A stretch of 64,000 nucleotides of DNA from Candidatus Omnitrophota bacterium (GTDB lineage: Bacteria > Omnitrophota > Gorgyraeia > Zapsychrales > Fredricksoniimonadaceae). The DNA is taken from positions 73,890 to 137,889 of the forward strand of contig JAUSEK010000011.1 of assembly GCA_030650275.1 (NCBI GenBank). Reading direction: 5' to 3'. The notes under the pieces were generated by a model. That model saw only the letters and a list, made by a program, of their open reading frames with translations. It had not been told where the DNA came from and did not search any database. Below, piece by piece: positions 26,991 to 37,023 of this stretch (the stretch's first letter is position 1; each line of letters opens with the position of its first letter). Made by a program: the position numbers and the translations under genes.

Positions 26991-27961
26991 TGCGTAAGAT
27001 GTGTCTGGATGTGGTCCATGAGCTTGCGCGCCGGGACAAGCGCGTTTTTTTTATTGGATCAGATCTCGGGATCGGCACCCTGCAGAAATTCAAAGAGGAA
27101 ATGCCGGAGCGTTTTTTTATGGAAGGTATCAGCGAAGCCAACCTGATCGGCATGGCCGCGGGGCTGGCCATGGAAGGGAAAATCCCCTACGTCAATACGA
27201 TCGCGACCTTCATCACCCGACGGTGTTTCGAGCAAGTCGTCGTTGACCTGGGGTTACATAATCTGAATGTGCGCTTGCTGGGAAATGGCGGCGGGCTGGT
27301 GTATGCGCCCTTAGGCCCTACTCATGAGGCCATTGAAGATATCGCGATCATGCGCGCGATCCCGAACATGACGGTGATCGCGCCCGCGGATGCCAATGAA
27401 ATGCGCCGGGCCATGCTGCAATCTCTCGATCACAAAGGCCCGATGTATATCCGGATCGCCAAGGGCGGAGATCCCATTGTGACCACCGACAATATTCCTT
27501 TTAAGATCGGCAAGGCTTTGGTCATGCGTCACGGCCTGGACGCCCTCATCATCACAACCGGGATCACGTTAAATAACGGATTGGAAGCCGCCGGCCGCCT
27601 GGAACAGGAAGGGATAAAAGCCAGTGTTGTGCATGTGCCGACCATTAAGCCGCTCGATCACGAGGCCATTTTGCGTCATGCCAAAGAGGTTCCGGTGATC
27701 GTGACCATCGAGGAACACAGCATTCTGGGCGGACTGGGCGGGGCGGTAGCTGAAATTGTGAGCGAAGCGAACTTCCCGACCCCCAAAAAGTTTAAGCGTT
27801 TGGGCATCCCGGATGTGTTCGCTGAGCAGTACGGTTCACAAGCGGGCTTGATGAAAGGCTTCGGTATCACCACAGACAATATCGTAGTCACCATAAGGAA
27901 TTTATCAAAGACAAAAGCACCATCGGGAAAGCTAATTGAACCGCAACTCATAAAGGAGTAG
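26990..27961 (+). CDS. Transketolase, C-terminal (pyrimidine-binding plus C-terminal domain) subunit
   Basis: FFIGSDLG...EANLIGMAAGLAMEGKIPYVNT pattern. ATGA overlap with the N-terminal subunit gene. Confidence 0.8.
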   Translation: MRKMCLDVVHELARRDKRVFFIGSDLGIGTLQKFKEEMPERFFMEGISEANLIGMAAGLAMEGKIPYVNTIATFITRRCFEQVVVDLGLHNLNVRLLGNGGGLVYAPLGPTHEAIEDIAIMRAIPNMTVIAPADANEMRRAMLQSLDHKGPMYIRIAKGGDPIVTTDNIPFKIGKALVMRHGLDALIITTGITLNNGLEAAGRLEQEGIKASVVHVPTIKPLDHEAILRHAKEVPVIVTIEEHSILGGLGGAVAEIVSEANFPTPKKFKRLGIPDVFAEQYGSQAGLMKGFGITTDNIVVTIRNLSKTKAPSGKLIEPQLIKE

Positions 27962-27969
27962 AACCAGAC

Positions 27970-28635
27970 ATGGGAACATTCGTTGAGATCTTCACACCGC
28001 TGCATAAAAAAACCGCGAGAAAATACATCGATCGCATGGTGGATGATAAGGTCCATTGCATGATCAAAGCCAAAGAATATGAGGCGGATTATTGGGACGG
28101 CAATCGCCGCTACGGTTATGGCGGCTACAAATATGATGGACGATGGAAGCCCGTCGCCGAAAGCCTTATTCAGCATTACAATCTTAAAAGCAATGTCAAA
28201 ATTTTGGATGTCGGCTGCGGCAAGGCCCATCTTCTGTACGAATTAAAACAACTTTTGCCCAATGCCGAACTGCATGGGTTTGATGTTTCCCGGCATGGCA
28301 TCGCCGATGCCCCGGAGCCGATCCGTAAATCCCTGACCCTCCGCAAGGCACAGGATGTTCCTTATCCCTGGCCGGATCAATATTTTGATCTGGTCATTGC
28401 TTTAGGAAGCCTCCATAACCTGCGCGTGCCCGAGTTGGCGGTGGCGGTCCCCGAGATCGAGCGCGTCGGTAAAAATAAATTCATCATGGTGGAAAGTTAC
28501 CGCAATGAACAGGAGTTGTTCAATATGGAGTGCTGGGCGCTGACAGCCGAGGCCTTTTTTGACAACAAGGCCTGGATATGGCTGCTTGAACATTTTGGGT
28601 ACACCGGAGATTACGAATTTATTTATTTTGAATAA
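27970..28635 (+). CDS. Class I SAM-dependent methyltransferase
   Basis: Motif I ILDVGCGKAHLL. Confidence 0.7.
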   Translation: MGTFVEIFTPLHKKTARKYIDRMVDDKVHCMIKAKEYEADYWDGNRRYGYGGYKYDGRWKPVAESLIQHYNLKSNVKILDVGCGKAHLLYELKQLLPNAELHGFDVSRHGIADAPEPIRKSLTLRKAQDVPYPWPDQYFDLVIALGSLHNLRVPELAVAVPEIERVGKNKFIMVESYRNEQELFNMECWALTAEAFFDNKAWIWLLEHFGYTGDYEFIYFE

Positions 28636-28660
28636 ACCATTTTTAGGAATAGAGAAAATT

Positions 28661-29746
28661 ATGGAACAAGCACAAATGACATTAGAAAACACAAGCCTTC
28701 CTGTTAAAACGATGAAGGCCGCGATCTTAACCGAGTTGAACAAGCCCTTGGTTGTTGCCCAAATAGAGCTTCCTAAAACGCTCGCTTTTGGACAGGTCCT
28801 GGTCCGTGTCCATTACAGCGGGATCTGTGGAGCACAGTTTAATGAAATTCAAGGGGCCAAAGGCCCGGATAAATTTTTGCCGCATCTTTTGGGACATGAA
28901 GGTTCGGCGACCGTCCTGGCCGTTGGAGAGGGCGTTGTGCGCGTTAAACCCGACGACCACGTCGTCATGCATTGGCGTCAAAGTGACGGGATCCAATCCC
29001 CGACGCCGACTTATCATTGGAACGGACAAAAGGTCAATTCCGGCTGGGTGACGACCTTTAATGATCATGCCGTTGTTTCAGAGAACAGGCTGACGGTCAT
29101 ACCGAATGATTTTGACATGAAGATCGCCCCTTTGTTTGGCTGTGCCGTCACAACAGCCATGGGGGTCATTAACAATGATGCCCATGTTAAGATCGGTCAA
29201 TCGGTCGTCGTTTTTGGAGTTGGAGGGGTTGGTTTAAATATTATCCAATCCGCGCAAATGGTTTCAGCTAATCCCATCATCGCCGTTGACCTTTTTGATA
29301 AGAAATTAGACATGGCCAAACGTTTCGGGGCCACCCATGGGTTCAATTCAAAGGACAATAAAGATCATCTGGCCCAGATCCGAAAGATCGTTGGTGAAAA
29401 GGGGGCGGATGTCGTTATTGATACGACGGGCAGCGCGCGGGTGATCGAAACAGCGTATGAACTGACCCATCCGGACGGCAAAACGATCCTGGTCGGCGTT
29501 CCGCGCAAAGGGGACAATATTTCCATCTATTCTTTGCCGCTGCATTTTAAGAAAGTTTTAAAAGGATCGCATGGCGGAAGCGCACAGCCCAATCTGGAGA
29601 TCCCGCGTTATATCGATCTCATGAAAAAGGGCAAGATGACGCTCGAGGGCATCATCACGCATGAGTTTAAGTTGGAACAGATCAACGAAGCGCTGAATAC
29701 CATCCGAAGAGGCGAAACCGGACGCGTTGTCATTGCGATGGATTAA
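28661..29746 (+). CDS. Zinc-dependent alcohol dehydrogenase (MDR superfamily)
   Basis: VHYSGICGAQ...GHEGSATVLAVGEGV and Rossmann VVFGVGGVGLN. Alternative start at 28712 (MKAAIL). Confidence 0.75.
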   Translation: MEQAQMTLENTSLPVKTMKAAILTELNKPLVVAQIELPKTLAFGQVLVRVHYSGICGAQFNEIQGAKGPDKFLPHLLGHEGSATVLAVGEGVVRVKPDDHVVMHWRQSDGIQSPTPTYHWNGQKVNSGWVTTFNDHAVVSENRLTVIPNDFDMKIAPLFGCAVTTAMGVINNDAHVKIGQSVVVFGVGGVGLNIIQSAQMVSANPIIAVDLFDKKLDMAKRFGATHGFNSKDNKDHLAQIRKIVGEKGADVVIDTTGSARVIETAYELTHPDGKTILVGVPRKGDNISIYSLPLHFKKVLKGSHGGSAQPNLEIPRYIDLMKKGKMTLEGIITHEFKLEQINEALNTIRRGETGRVVIAMD

Positions 29747-29764
29747 AGGGAAAAAGATGATCTT

Positions 29765-30316
29765 ATGAATACCCCCGTCAATATAAGGATAGAAGGCGAA
29801 GGGATTTTTTTTGCAAAAGGCCCCATTGTGAGCATCGGGGACAGTGAGATCAATTTTCTCAAAGAAGCAGCGTTACGCAACAGCCGCAAAAGCGCCAGAT
29901 TGTGTATGCATAAAGACATCGCGGATGATGTTCATGAGATGTTCATTTTACATTCAAAAGAGACCTATGTTCGGCCTCACAAGCATCCAGGCAAAGACCT
30001 GTCCTATCATATTATTGAGGGCATTGCCGACATGGTTTTGTTTGACGAGCAAGGGGAAATCACCGATGTCATTCCCATGGGCGAATATGGGACCGGGCGC
30101 AAATTTTATTATCGCCTTAATGAGGCGGCTTACTATGCTCCATTTGTGCGTTCGGATCTTTTATTATTCCATGAGACCATCAAGGGTCCATTTCAGCGCT
30201 CCGGCACCATTTATGCCCCATGGGCCGCTGAGGGAGATGACCCGGCTGAGGTCGATCAATTTCAGCAGGGATTAGCATCAAGGATCAGCAAATTCAGAAA
30301 GCCAGGCATGTCATGA
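29765..30316 (+). CDS. WbuC-family cupin-fold protein
   Basis: ~180 aa cupin with HKH...H pattern (CMHKD...HKHPG...YH). Position and size typical of WbuC in O-antigen loci. Confidence 0.5.
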   Translation: MNTPVNIRIEGEGIFFAKGPIVSIGDSEINFLKEAALRNSRKSARLCMHKDIADDVHEMFILHSKETYVRPHKHPGKDLSYHIIEGIADMVLFDEQGEITDVIPMGEYGTGRKFYYRLNEAAYYAPFVRSDLLLFHETIKGPFQRSGTIYAPWAAEGDDPAEVDQFQQGLASRISKFRKPGMS

Positions 30317-31563
30317 AGAACACGACACAGGCCGTCTACAGAAGAACGGATTGCCGGCTCTGCGGGAAAACCAGCCCGGAGACCGTTTTGTCCCTTGAGC
30401 CGATACCCATTGCCGGTGATTATGTTTCCCGGCAAGAGTTGGACATGGCCCAGGACAGATACACCATGGATCTTGCCTTATGCCGTCACTGTGGGAACGT
30501 ATTCTTGCTGGACGTCGTCGACCCGGAGATTTTATACAAAAATTTTAAATACACCTCATCAAGCTCTCCGGATTTAGGCGGGCATTTTAGAGGATACGCC
30601 GAGTATGTCTTGAAGAATTTTCCCATGCCCCAAGGGGCTTTTATTGTTGATGTCGGCAGCAATGACGGCCTGTTCCTTAGAGAATTTCAAAAGAGGGGAT
30701 TGCGGGTCTTGGGCGTCGATCCGGCGAGGGACATTGCCAGAAAAGCGACGGAATCGGGGATCGAGACCCTGGGCGCGTATTACGATATTGAACTTGCCCG
30801 GCAGACCAGGAATGAACGCGCAGCGGCCAATATCATTACCGCCAACATGGTCATGGCCAACGTCGACAATATGGCCATTTTTATTCAGAGTATCCGTGAA
30901 TTATTGGCCGATGACGGCATTTTTATATTTGAAACGGGTTATCTGCTCAAGTTGGTTGAAAATATGGTTTTTGATAATATTTATCATGAACATTTGTCTT
31001 ATTTTTCAGTTAAAGCGCTGGATCTGTTTTTCAAAAATAATGGGATGGAATTGCTGGACATCAATGTTGTGGCCACTAAGGGCGGGTCCTTGCGCGGCGT
31101 GGTGCAGCTGCAGGGCGGGCCCCGCAAAAGGCTGGCCTCCGTGGATAAAATGATACGGTTGGAAAAAGAGTTCGGCTTGGACCGCCCAGAAATCTTTTCA
31201 AACCTGAAAAGGCGGATCGACGCCGAGAAAGAGAAATTGTTGACCCTGATCGGGGACCTAAAGAGGAACAATAAGAAAATCGCGGGGTATGGGGCGTCCC
31301 ATAGCGTGACGACATTCCTTTATTATTTCGGCCTCGGAGATCAATTGGAATGTTTATTTGATGACAATGCGGCGAAATTCAACACGTTCAGCCCGGGCCA
31401 CCATATTCCCATCCTGTCATCCGAGGAAATTGATCAGCGAAAGTCCGATCATATTATTATCTTGGCCTGGCGTTTTCATGAAATGATCGTCAACAAACAC
31501 CGCTTGTACTTGGAAAAAGGAGGGCATTTTATTGTGCCCTTGCCTCAAATGAGAGTTATATGA
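30313..31563 (+). CDS. Sugar C-methyltransferase-like SAM enzyme with N-terminal zinc ribbon (TylCIII/NDP-hexose C3-methyltransferase-type architecture)
   Basis: N-terminal CxxC...CxxC (CRLCGK...CRHCGN), then class I MTase motif I (VDVGSNDG), then C-terminal domain typical of C-methyltransferase family members. Confidence 0.6.
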   Translation: MKNTTQAVYRRTDCRLCGKTSPETVLSLEPIPIAGDYVSRQELDMAQDRYTMDLALCRHCGNVFLLDVVDPEILYKNFKYTSSSSPDLGGHFRGYAEYVLKNFPMPQGAFIVDVGSNDGLFLREFQKRGLRVLGVDPARDIARKATESGIETLGAYYDIELARQTRNERAAANIITANMVMANVDNMAIFIQSIRELLADDGIFIFETGYLLKLVENMVFDNIYHEHLSYFSVKALDLFFKNNGMELLDINVVATKGGSLRGVVQLQGGPRKRLASVDKMIRLEKEFGLDRPEIFSNLKRRIDAEKEKLLTLIGDLKRNNKKIAGYGASHSVTTFLYYFGLGDQLECLFDDNAAKFNTFSPGHHIPILSSEEIDQRKSDHIIILAWRFHEMIVNKHRLYLEKGGHFIVPLPQMRVI

Positions 31564-32348
31564 AGAAAGAACATGTGCTTGTCATCGGCGGGAGCAAGGG
31601 CATAGGCCGGACGGTCGTGCAAACGATGGCCCAAAGGGGTTATCTGGTGTCTGTGATCAGCAGAAAACAGCCACAAGAAAAGACCGAAAAAGTCCATTAT
31701 TGGGACGCGGACATAACGAAGCCCGGCCGTTTCCTAAAAGTTTTCAATGAGATCATCCGCCGGCAGGGCCAATTGAATCATCTTGTTTTTTGTCAGCAGT
31801 TTAGGGGCGTCGGCGATGATTGGGCCGGGCAGATCGAGACGAGTTTGACCGCGGTCAAGCACGTGATCGAATCAGCCGTCGATCATTTTGAGAATGTCAA
31901 AGGAAGAAACACGATCATTGTGGTCACCTCCATCGCCGGCCGCCTGATCGCGGCCGAGCAGCCCGTGGGATACCACGTGGCCAAAGCGGGCCTGGAGCAA
32001 ATGACGCGTTACTATGCCCTGGCCCTGGGAGCTAAAGGGATCAGGGTCAATGCCATTGCGCCCAACATGGTCCTTAAGGAAGAAAACAAAGATTTTTATC
32101 TTAGAAACAAAAAAATTTACGACCTTTATAGAAAAATATCGCCGTTGGGAAGAATGGTGGCTTCTGATGACGTGGCCCACACGGTAGCGTTTTTCTGTAG
32201 TTCCCAGTCGGCCGGAATCACCGGGCAAATTCTGGTCATTGATGGGGGCGTCTCATTGCAAGAACACGCGGCCCTGGCGCGCGCGTTGATGTCTTTGGAC
32301 GGCACACAGATCACACAAAAGAACCGTCAACAAAAGAAATTTTCTTAG
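31560..32348 (+). CDS. Short-chain dehydrogenase/reductase (classical SDR)
   Basis: VLVIGGSKGIGRTV...YxxxK (YHVAK). Confidence 0.7.
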   Translation: MKKEHVLVIGGSKGIGRTVVQTMAQRGYLVSVISRKQPQEKTEKVHYWDADITKPGRFLKVFNEIIRRQGQLNHLVFCQQFRGVGDDWAGQIETSLTAVKHVIESAVDHFENVKGRNTIIVVTSIAGRLIAAEQPVGYHVAKAGLEQMTRYYALALGAKGIRVNAIAPNMVLKEENKDFYLRNKKIYDLYRKISPLGRMVASDDVAHTVAFFCSSQSAGITGQILVIDGGVSLQEHAALARALMSLDGTQITQKNRQQKKFS

Positions 32349-32358
32349 GAGATCGATC

Positions 32359-33984
32359 ATGAATGTTTTGGGGATCCACTGTGCGTTCTCTCATTTGAAC
32401 CATGATCCAAGCGCGGCCTTGATCTGCGATGGGAAGTTAATAGCCTTGGGTGAAGAAGAGCGCTTTACAAGGATCAAAGGGGCCAGAGGATTACTCCCTT
32501 TTTTCAGCATCCGGTTCTGCCTGAAACAGGCCGGATTAAAGATGGAAGATATTGATCTGGTTGTTTCGACCGGAGAAACGATCAAGGAACAATTGGACAA
32601 TAATGTGAAGTTGTTTTTCAAGCATTATTTCGGAGTGGTCCCGCCCATTCAATACATTAACCATCAGTTCTCTCACCTGGCTTCCGCCTTTTTTTATTCT
32701 GGATTCGATCGGTCCATGTGCATCTCTTATGACGGCCGGGGAGATGATTTGAGCGGAATGCTTGCGGTGGGTTCTTCCAAGGGGATCAAAGTATTGGAAA
32801 AGATGCCGATCAAGGATTCCGTGGGGCTTTTTTATTGCGCCGTAACTCAATTTTTGGGGTTTCGGCAAGCCCAAGATGAATACAAGGTGATGGGGCTGGC
32901 TTCCTTTGGAAAAGAAGGGGAAGATATCAGTTCTCTCGTGAGAATTTCCGATGATGGTTATTCTGTCCGTCAGGAGAATTTTGGCCACCCGTTCCCGATC
33001 AGAACTTTGGACGAGCCGATCTATAATGAAAACCTTATTCGCGCGCTGGGAACCCCCCGCCGTTTCGGTGAGCCCATCACGGACAGGCATAGAAATCTTG
33101 CTTTTGCCGTTCAAAGATCCTTGGAAGAATGCGTCGTGCGCCTTGTTAAACGGCTGCATGCCAAGACAGGATTGGATTCCTTATGCATTGCCGGCGGAGT
33201 TGGATTGAATTGCTCGGCTAACCGGATCATTCATCAATTGCCGTTTATCAAGCGGTTATTCGTGCAGCCGGCCGCTTCGGACAGGGGGTTATGTTTAGGC
33301 AATGCCTTGGTAGGCGCTTATGAAAATGGCGAGAAGATAGAATTGCCGGGACATGTGTTTTTTGGCCCTAGCTATACCAATGGGCAATTGTTAAGCGCCC
33401 TTAAGTTAACGGGGCAGGACTATATTGAGCTTCCGGACCCGGGGACAAAGGCCGCGGAAATGTTGGCTGAAGGTAAGATCATCGGATGGTTTCAGGGCCG
33501 GTCTGAATTTGGTCCGCGGGCGTTGGGTAACCGTTCTATTTTGGCTGATCCCCGCTCGATCAAGATGAAAGATGAGATCAATGCCCGAATTAAGTTTCGC
33601 GAAGAGTTTCGTCCTTTCGCGCCGGCGGTGCTGGAGGAGCGGGCTTCGGAGGTCTTCGAGATGGATCAACCATCCCCCTACATGACGGTTACTTTTACGG
33701 TGCGCCCCCACTGGGTAGAGAAGCTGCAGGCCGTCACCCATGTCGACAAGACGGCCAGGGTACAGACGGTGAGTAAGGAAACGAACCCGTTATTCCACGG
33801 TTTGATCGCGGCTTTTGGCCGCTTGACCGGAGTTCCCGTGGTATTAAATACCAGCTTTAACGCCCGGGGAGAGCCCATTGTGGAGACTCCATTGGATGCC
33901 CTGGCGACTTTTTCATCCGTCGGGATGGATGCTCTTTTTCTGGGGCCATACCTGATCACGAAGCCAAAACCACCCAGGCGGTAG
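32359..33984 (+). CDS. NodU/CmcH-family O-carbamoyltransferase
   Basis: MNVLGIHCAFSHLNHDPSAALICDGKLIALGEEERFTRIKG is the characteristic N-terminus of this family. 541 aa, two-domain length. Confidence 0.8.
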   Translation: MNVLGIHCAFSHLNHDPSAALICDGKLIALGEEERFTRIKGARGLLPFFSIRFCLKQAGLKMEDIDLVVSTGETIKEQLDNNVKLFFKHYFGVVPPIQYINHQFSHLASAFFYSGFDRSMCISYDGRGDDLSGMLAVGSSKGIKVLEKMPIKDSVGLFYCAVTQFLGFRQAQDEYKVMGLASFGKEGEDISSLVRISDDGYSVRQENFGHPFPIRTLDEPIYNENLIRALGTPRRFGEPITDRHRNLAFAVQRSLEECVVRLVKRLHAKTGLDSLCIAGGVGLNCSANRIIHQLPFIKRLFVQPAASDRGLCLGNALVGAYENGEKIELPGHVFFGPSYTNGQLLSALKLTGQDYIELPDPGTKAAEMLAEGKIIGWFQGRSEFGPRALGNRSILADPRSIKMKDEINARIKFREEFRPFAPAVLEERASEVFEMDQPSPYMTVTFTVRPHWVEKLQAVTHVDKTARVQTVSKETNPLFHGLIAAFGRLTGVPVVLNTSFNARGEPIVETPLDALATFSSVGMDALFLGPYLITKPKPPRR

Positions 33985-33991
33985 AAAAAAA

Positions 33992-35209
33992 ATGAAAGAT
34001 ATCGGTCAGGGGCCAATAAGGAAGTTATATCAGTGTCTTTTGGTCCCTCCGGCTGTCCTGATCGCCATAGGTATACGGATATTGCGGCCATTGATCGTTG
34101 TGCGATGGGGAAGGATCGACATCGCAAGGATAGGCGGAATATACCGGGCGGATTGGTACCTGTCTTTGTATCATGGCCGCATGTGCAGGGATAAATACTT
34201 TGATATTTTTTACTTCGATTGGTCCGGGGTCGTCGGCAACAGCCAATGGTGGGCGATGTGGAAGCGAGTTTTGCGTATTTTTCCATTCGGAGGATTGGCA
34301 AAACTCGTCGGGAGGATATCATGCATATTGCCAGGGGATAAGCTTTACATTGTTCCGGTGATGGATGCCACTCCATCAACGATCAGCGAGCATCAAGATA
34401 TTCTTAAGCGCATCCTTGAACATAAAGAACCTAATGTTGCTTTTACTCCGCAAGAAGAGCATTTTGGCCATCAAGAGATTCGGGGGTTAGGCATACCAGA
34501 AAAGGCCCCCTTTGTCTGTTTTCATGCCCGCGACGCGGCATATCTGGACGCCGTATATCCTGATAGAAGTTGGGGTTATCACGATTATAGAGATTCCAAT
34601 ATTTTTAATTATCTTCCTGCGGTCGAAGGACTTGCCCGGCGAGGTTACCATGCGGTTAGAATGGGCAGCACGGTGAAGGACAGGTTGCCCGCGTCGAACG
34701 CGGCCATTATCGATTACGCCGCCAATGGAAGCCGAACAGATTTTTTGGATGTTTATTTAGGAGCTAAGTGTCATTCTTTTTTATGCTCCGATACCGGGAT
34801 GTCTATTATCCCGGAGGCCTTTAAGCGTCCTGTTGTTTACGTGAATTGGGTCCCGATCCAGCGGATATCGATCTGGGTTTCAAACGGGATATTCATCTTC
34901 AAAAAATTCTACTCTGTGAGCAAAAAGCGTTGCTTAACGTTTAGTGAAATAATTCAGTCCGGCCTGGGGAACTGTTGGGATGGCAGAGATTTTGAAAAGA
35001 ATGAAATAGAATTAAGAGAGAATAGCCCGGAAGAGATCATGGCGCCGGTCTTTGAAATGGAGGATCGTCTTAAGGGCAAGTGGAAGGCTGGGCCTGAAGA
35101 CGAAGAGCTGCAGAGGCGTTTTTGGGCATGTTTAGGGTGGGATAATCTAAATCCTAACGTAAGGATCGGGGCCGAATTTTTGCGTCAAAATCAGGATCTC
35201 TTGAACTGA
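33992..35209 (+). CDS. Hypothetical protein, putative glycosyltransferase of the TIGR04372-like family (distant KpsS/KpsC-like); paralog of 39303-40901
   Basis: No classic GT motif I recognise. Shares conserved blocks with the 39303 paralog (VCFHARDAAYLD / VCLHVRESGWND; IDYA; VVYVNWVP / VVMTNCLP). Family assignment is from memory and uncertain. Confidence 0.35.
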   Translation: MKDIGQGPIRKLYQCLLVPPAVLIAIGIRILRPLIVVRWGRIDIARIGGIYRADWYLSLYHGRMCRDKYFDIFYFDWSGVVGNSQWWAMWKRVLRIFPFGGLAKLVGRISCILPGDKLYIVPVMDATPSTISEHQDILKRILEHKEPNVAFTPQEEHFGHQEIRGLGIPEKAPFVCFHARDAAYLDAVYPDRSWGYHDYRDSNIFNYLPAVEGLARRGYHAVRMGSTVKDRLPASNAAIIDYAANGSRTDFLDVYLGAKCHSFLCSDTGMSIIPEAFKRPVVYVNWVPIQRISIWVSNGIFIFKKFYSVSKKRCLTFSEIIQSGLGNCWDGRDFEKNEIELRENSPEEIMAPVFEMEDRLKGKWKAGPEDEELQRRFWACLGWDNLNPNVRIGAEFLRQNQDLLN

Positions 35210-35286
35210 TTTTATTACTTGCCTTACTCGGAAATATGCAATAAACTATAATTTGGTAATCCTTTAATCCTCTCAGGGAGGTCGGT

Positions 35287-37023
35287 ATGAAGATTTTAGT
35301 TGTCGTCCCCAAGTATGAACCAGATATTGAAAAAACAGGAGCGCCGTATTTCTTACCATTAGGGCTCATGTATGTTTCATCCTATTTGAAACAAAAGGGT
35401 TTTGATGTCCAGAATTTGAATCTTAACCATTATACAGATAATAAATTGCGGACGGTCCTTCAAGAGCAACCGTTCGACGCGATTTGTACGGGAGGTTTGT
35501 TTACGGAAATCAAACCTATTATGACCGTGATCCAGACAACGCGTGATGTGCGGCCCCATGCAAAAATAATTCTGGGAGGCGCTTTGGCCAGCGGGGACCC
35601 TGAATTTGCTTTGGAAAAAGTTGGCCCGGATTTTTTGGTATTAGGAGAGGGAGAGGCAACGTTGGCGCATCTTCTGGGTACCCTTAGAGATGGTTTGGAT
35701 TTAAAAGAGGTTAAGGGGATCGCCTATTTGAAAGATGGCACTATGTTCAAAACGTGCGGCCGGGAACTGATCTCGGATCTGGATAGTCACCCCTGGCCTG
35801 ATTATGAAGGTTTTGAATACAGGCATCACCTTGATCATCATTATGAAAAGGATTCATGTTTTGAAACGGTGATGGATCCTGCAAAACGGCGTATCGCCAA
35901 CATCATTACGAGTAGAAATTGTGTGGCCAAATGCACTTTTTGCTATCGGTTGATGACGGGCGGCCATCGGGTTCGCACCATTGAGAACGTTATGAAAGAA
36001 GTCAAGTTTTTGATGGATGAATACGGTGTTAATGAAATCAATTTGATCGACGAGATGTTTGCCAATGACAAACAACGTATTTACGATTTTTGTGAAGGGA
36101 TCAAACCGCTCAATGTCCGTTGGCAATGCCAGTTGAGATGCGGCGTTATTGATGAAAATGTGTTAGCGGCAATGAAAGACGCCGGTTGTCGTTATATCAG
36201 TTATGGATTTGAAAGCGCCAGTAAAGAGGTTTTAAAAAGTATGAAAAAAGGGCTTCACCCGACACAAATTGACAATGTTATCCGTTGGACATTAAAAGCA
36301 GGCATCACGATCCAAGGGAATTACATATTCGGGGACCCGGCCGAGACTTTAGGGACGATGGAAGAGACCCTTCGTTTCAGGCGGAGATTCCCGGCGCTTA
36401 ATTTGGGGATGTTTATGATCATCCCCTATCCCGGGACAGTCCTTTACCACGATTTAAAGGCAAAGGGAAGGTTTGAAAACCTGTATGATTTTTACATTAA
36501 CCCAAGTTCGGTGTTTCAGGGCAGACCCTTGAATATGACTAAATTGTCCGAAGACGATTTTGATTATATGTGTAAGAAGGTTTGGCATGAGGGAATTGTC
36601 TCGGTTGCTTATACAAAGATCCTCGGATCCAAACATCTTGATAAAATGACTTCATTGGTCAGTTATAAATGTCCCCATTGCTTAGAAATGCATAAAGACA
36701 TACCGATAACATTTTCTGGCAATGATGCGGAAACCCGTTTCTGTAAAAAATGTCTTCAGAGAGTGCATATAAAGAAATCATCCGTGTATTTTGATCTATA
36801 TGCCAAACTTCGCGAGTTTTATCACTACGCCATAGTCACCCCGGTCCTTATTCATCCAAAAGTTTATAAGACATGTAATCCTTTAATCAATCTTTTTAAA
36901 GGAACCGGAAAGATCGGGAAATTGATCAAACTATGCTTAAAGACAAGCAGACCTAAGGTGGTCCCTAAATTTCAAACTACGGCTTTAGAATTGCAAGGAG
37001 AGCTGGTGGCGTCTAAGGCATGA
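35287..37023 (+). CDS. B12-binding-domain radical SAM enzyme (class B radical SAM, methyltransferase-like) with C-terminal Cys4 ribbon
   Basis: N-terminal B12-binding Rossmann (KILVVVPKY...ICTGGLF). CxxxCxxC (SRNCVAKCTFC). C-terminal CPHC...CKKC. Confidence 0.8.
   Translation: MKILVVVPKYEPDIEKTGAPYFLPLGLMYVSSYLKQKGFDVQNLNLNHYTDNKLRTVLQEQPFDAICTGGLFTEIKPIMTVIQTTRDVRPHAKIILGGALASGDPEFALEKVGPDFLVLGEGEATLAHLLGTLRDGLDLKEVKGIAYLKDGTMFKTCGRELISDLDSHPWPDYEGFEYRHHLDHHYEKDSCFETVMDPAKRRIANIITSRNCVAKCTFCYRLMTGGHRVRTIENVMKEVKFLMDEYGVNEINLIDEMFANDKQRIYDFCEGIKPLNVRWQCQLRCGVIDENVLAAMKDAGCRYISYGFESASKEVLKSMKKGLHPTQIDNVIRWTLKAGITIQGNYIFGDPAETLGTMEETLRFRRRFPALNLGMFMIIPYPGTVLYHDLKAKGRFENLYDFYINPSSVFQGRPLNMTKLSEDDFDYMCKKVWHEGIVSVAYTKILGSKHLDKMTSLVSYKCPHCLEMHKDIPITFSGNDAETRFCKKCLQRVHIKKSSVYFDLYAKLREFYHYAIVTPVLIHPKVYKTCNPLINLFKGTGKIGKLIKLCLKTSRPKVVPKFQTTALELQGELVASKA

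Noticed and set aside
30644-31153. 169-aa alternative-frame + strand ORF inside the C-methyltransferase gene
   Set aside because: Pro/Arg/Trp-rich low-complexity translation typical of an out-of-frame read-through of a GC-rich coding region. The in-frame methyltransferase is well supported.
32536-33159. Long antisense ORFs in the six-frame track (e.g. 32536-33159, 33678-34379, 41892-42587, 42743-43363, 44405-44995, 49258-49965, 9018-9413, all minus strand)
   Set aside because: Each lies wholly inside a +-strand gene whose product has strong, recognisable family motifs. The antisense translations show no motifs, and some sit in GC-rich stretches where stops are rare. Treated as shadow ORFs.
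35210-35286. Possible promoter upstream of the B12-radical SAM gene (TATAAT at 35247-35252)
   Set aside because: A good -10 hexamer is present but no acceptable -35 at 16-18 bp spacing (best candidates have 22-bp spacing or 2/6 matches). The 77-bp gap may simply carry the strong RBS GGGAGG. Not reported as a feature.
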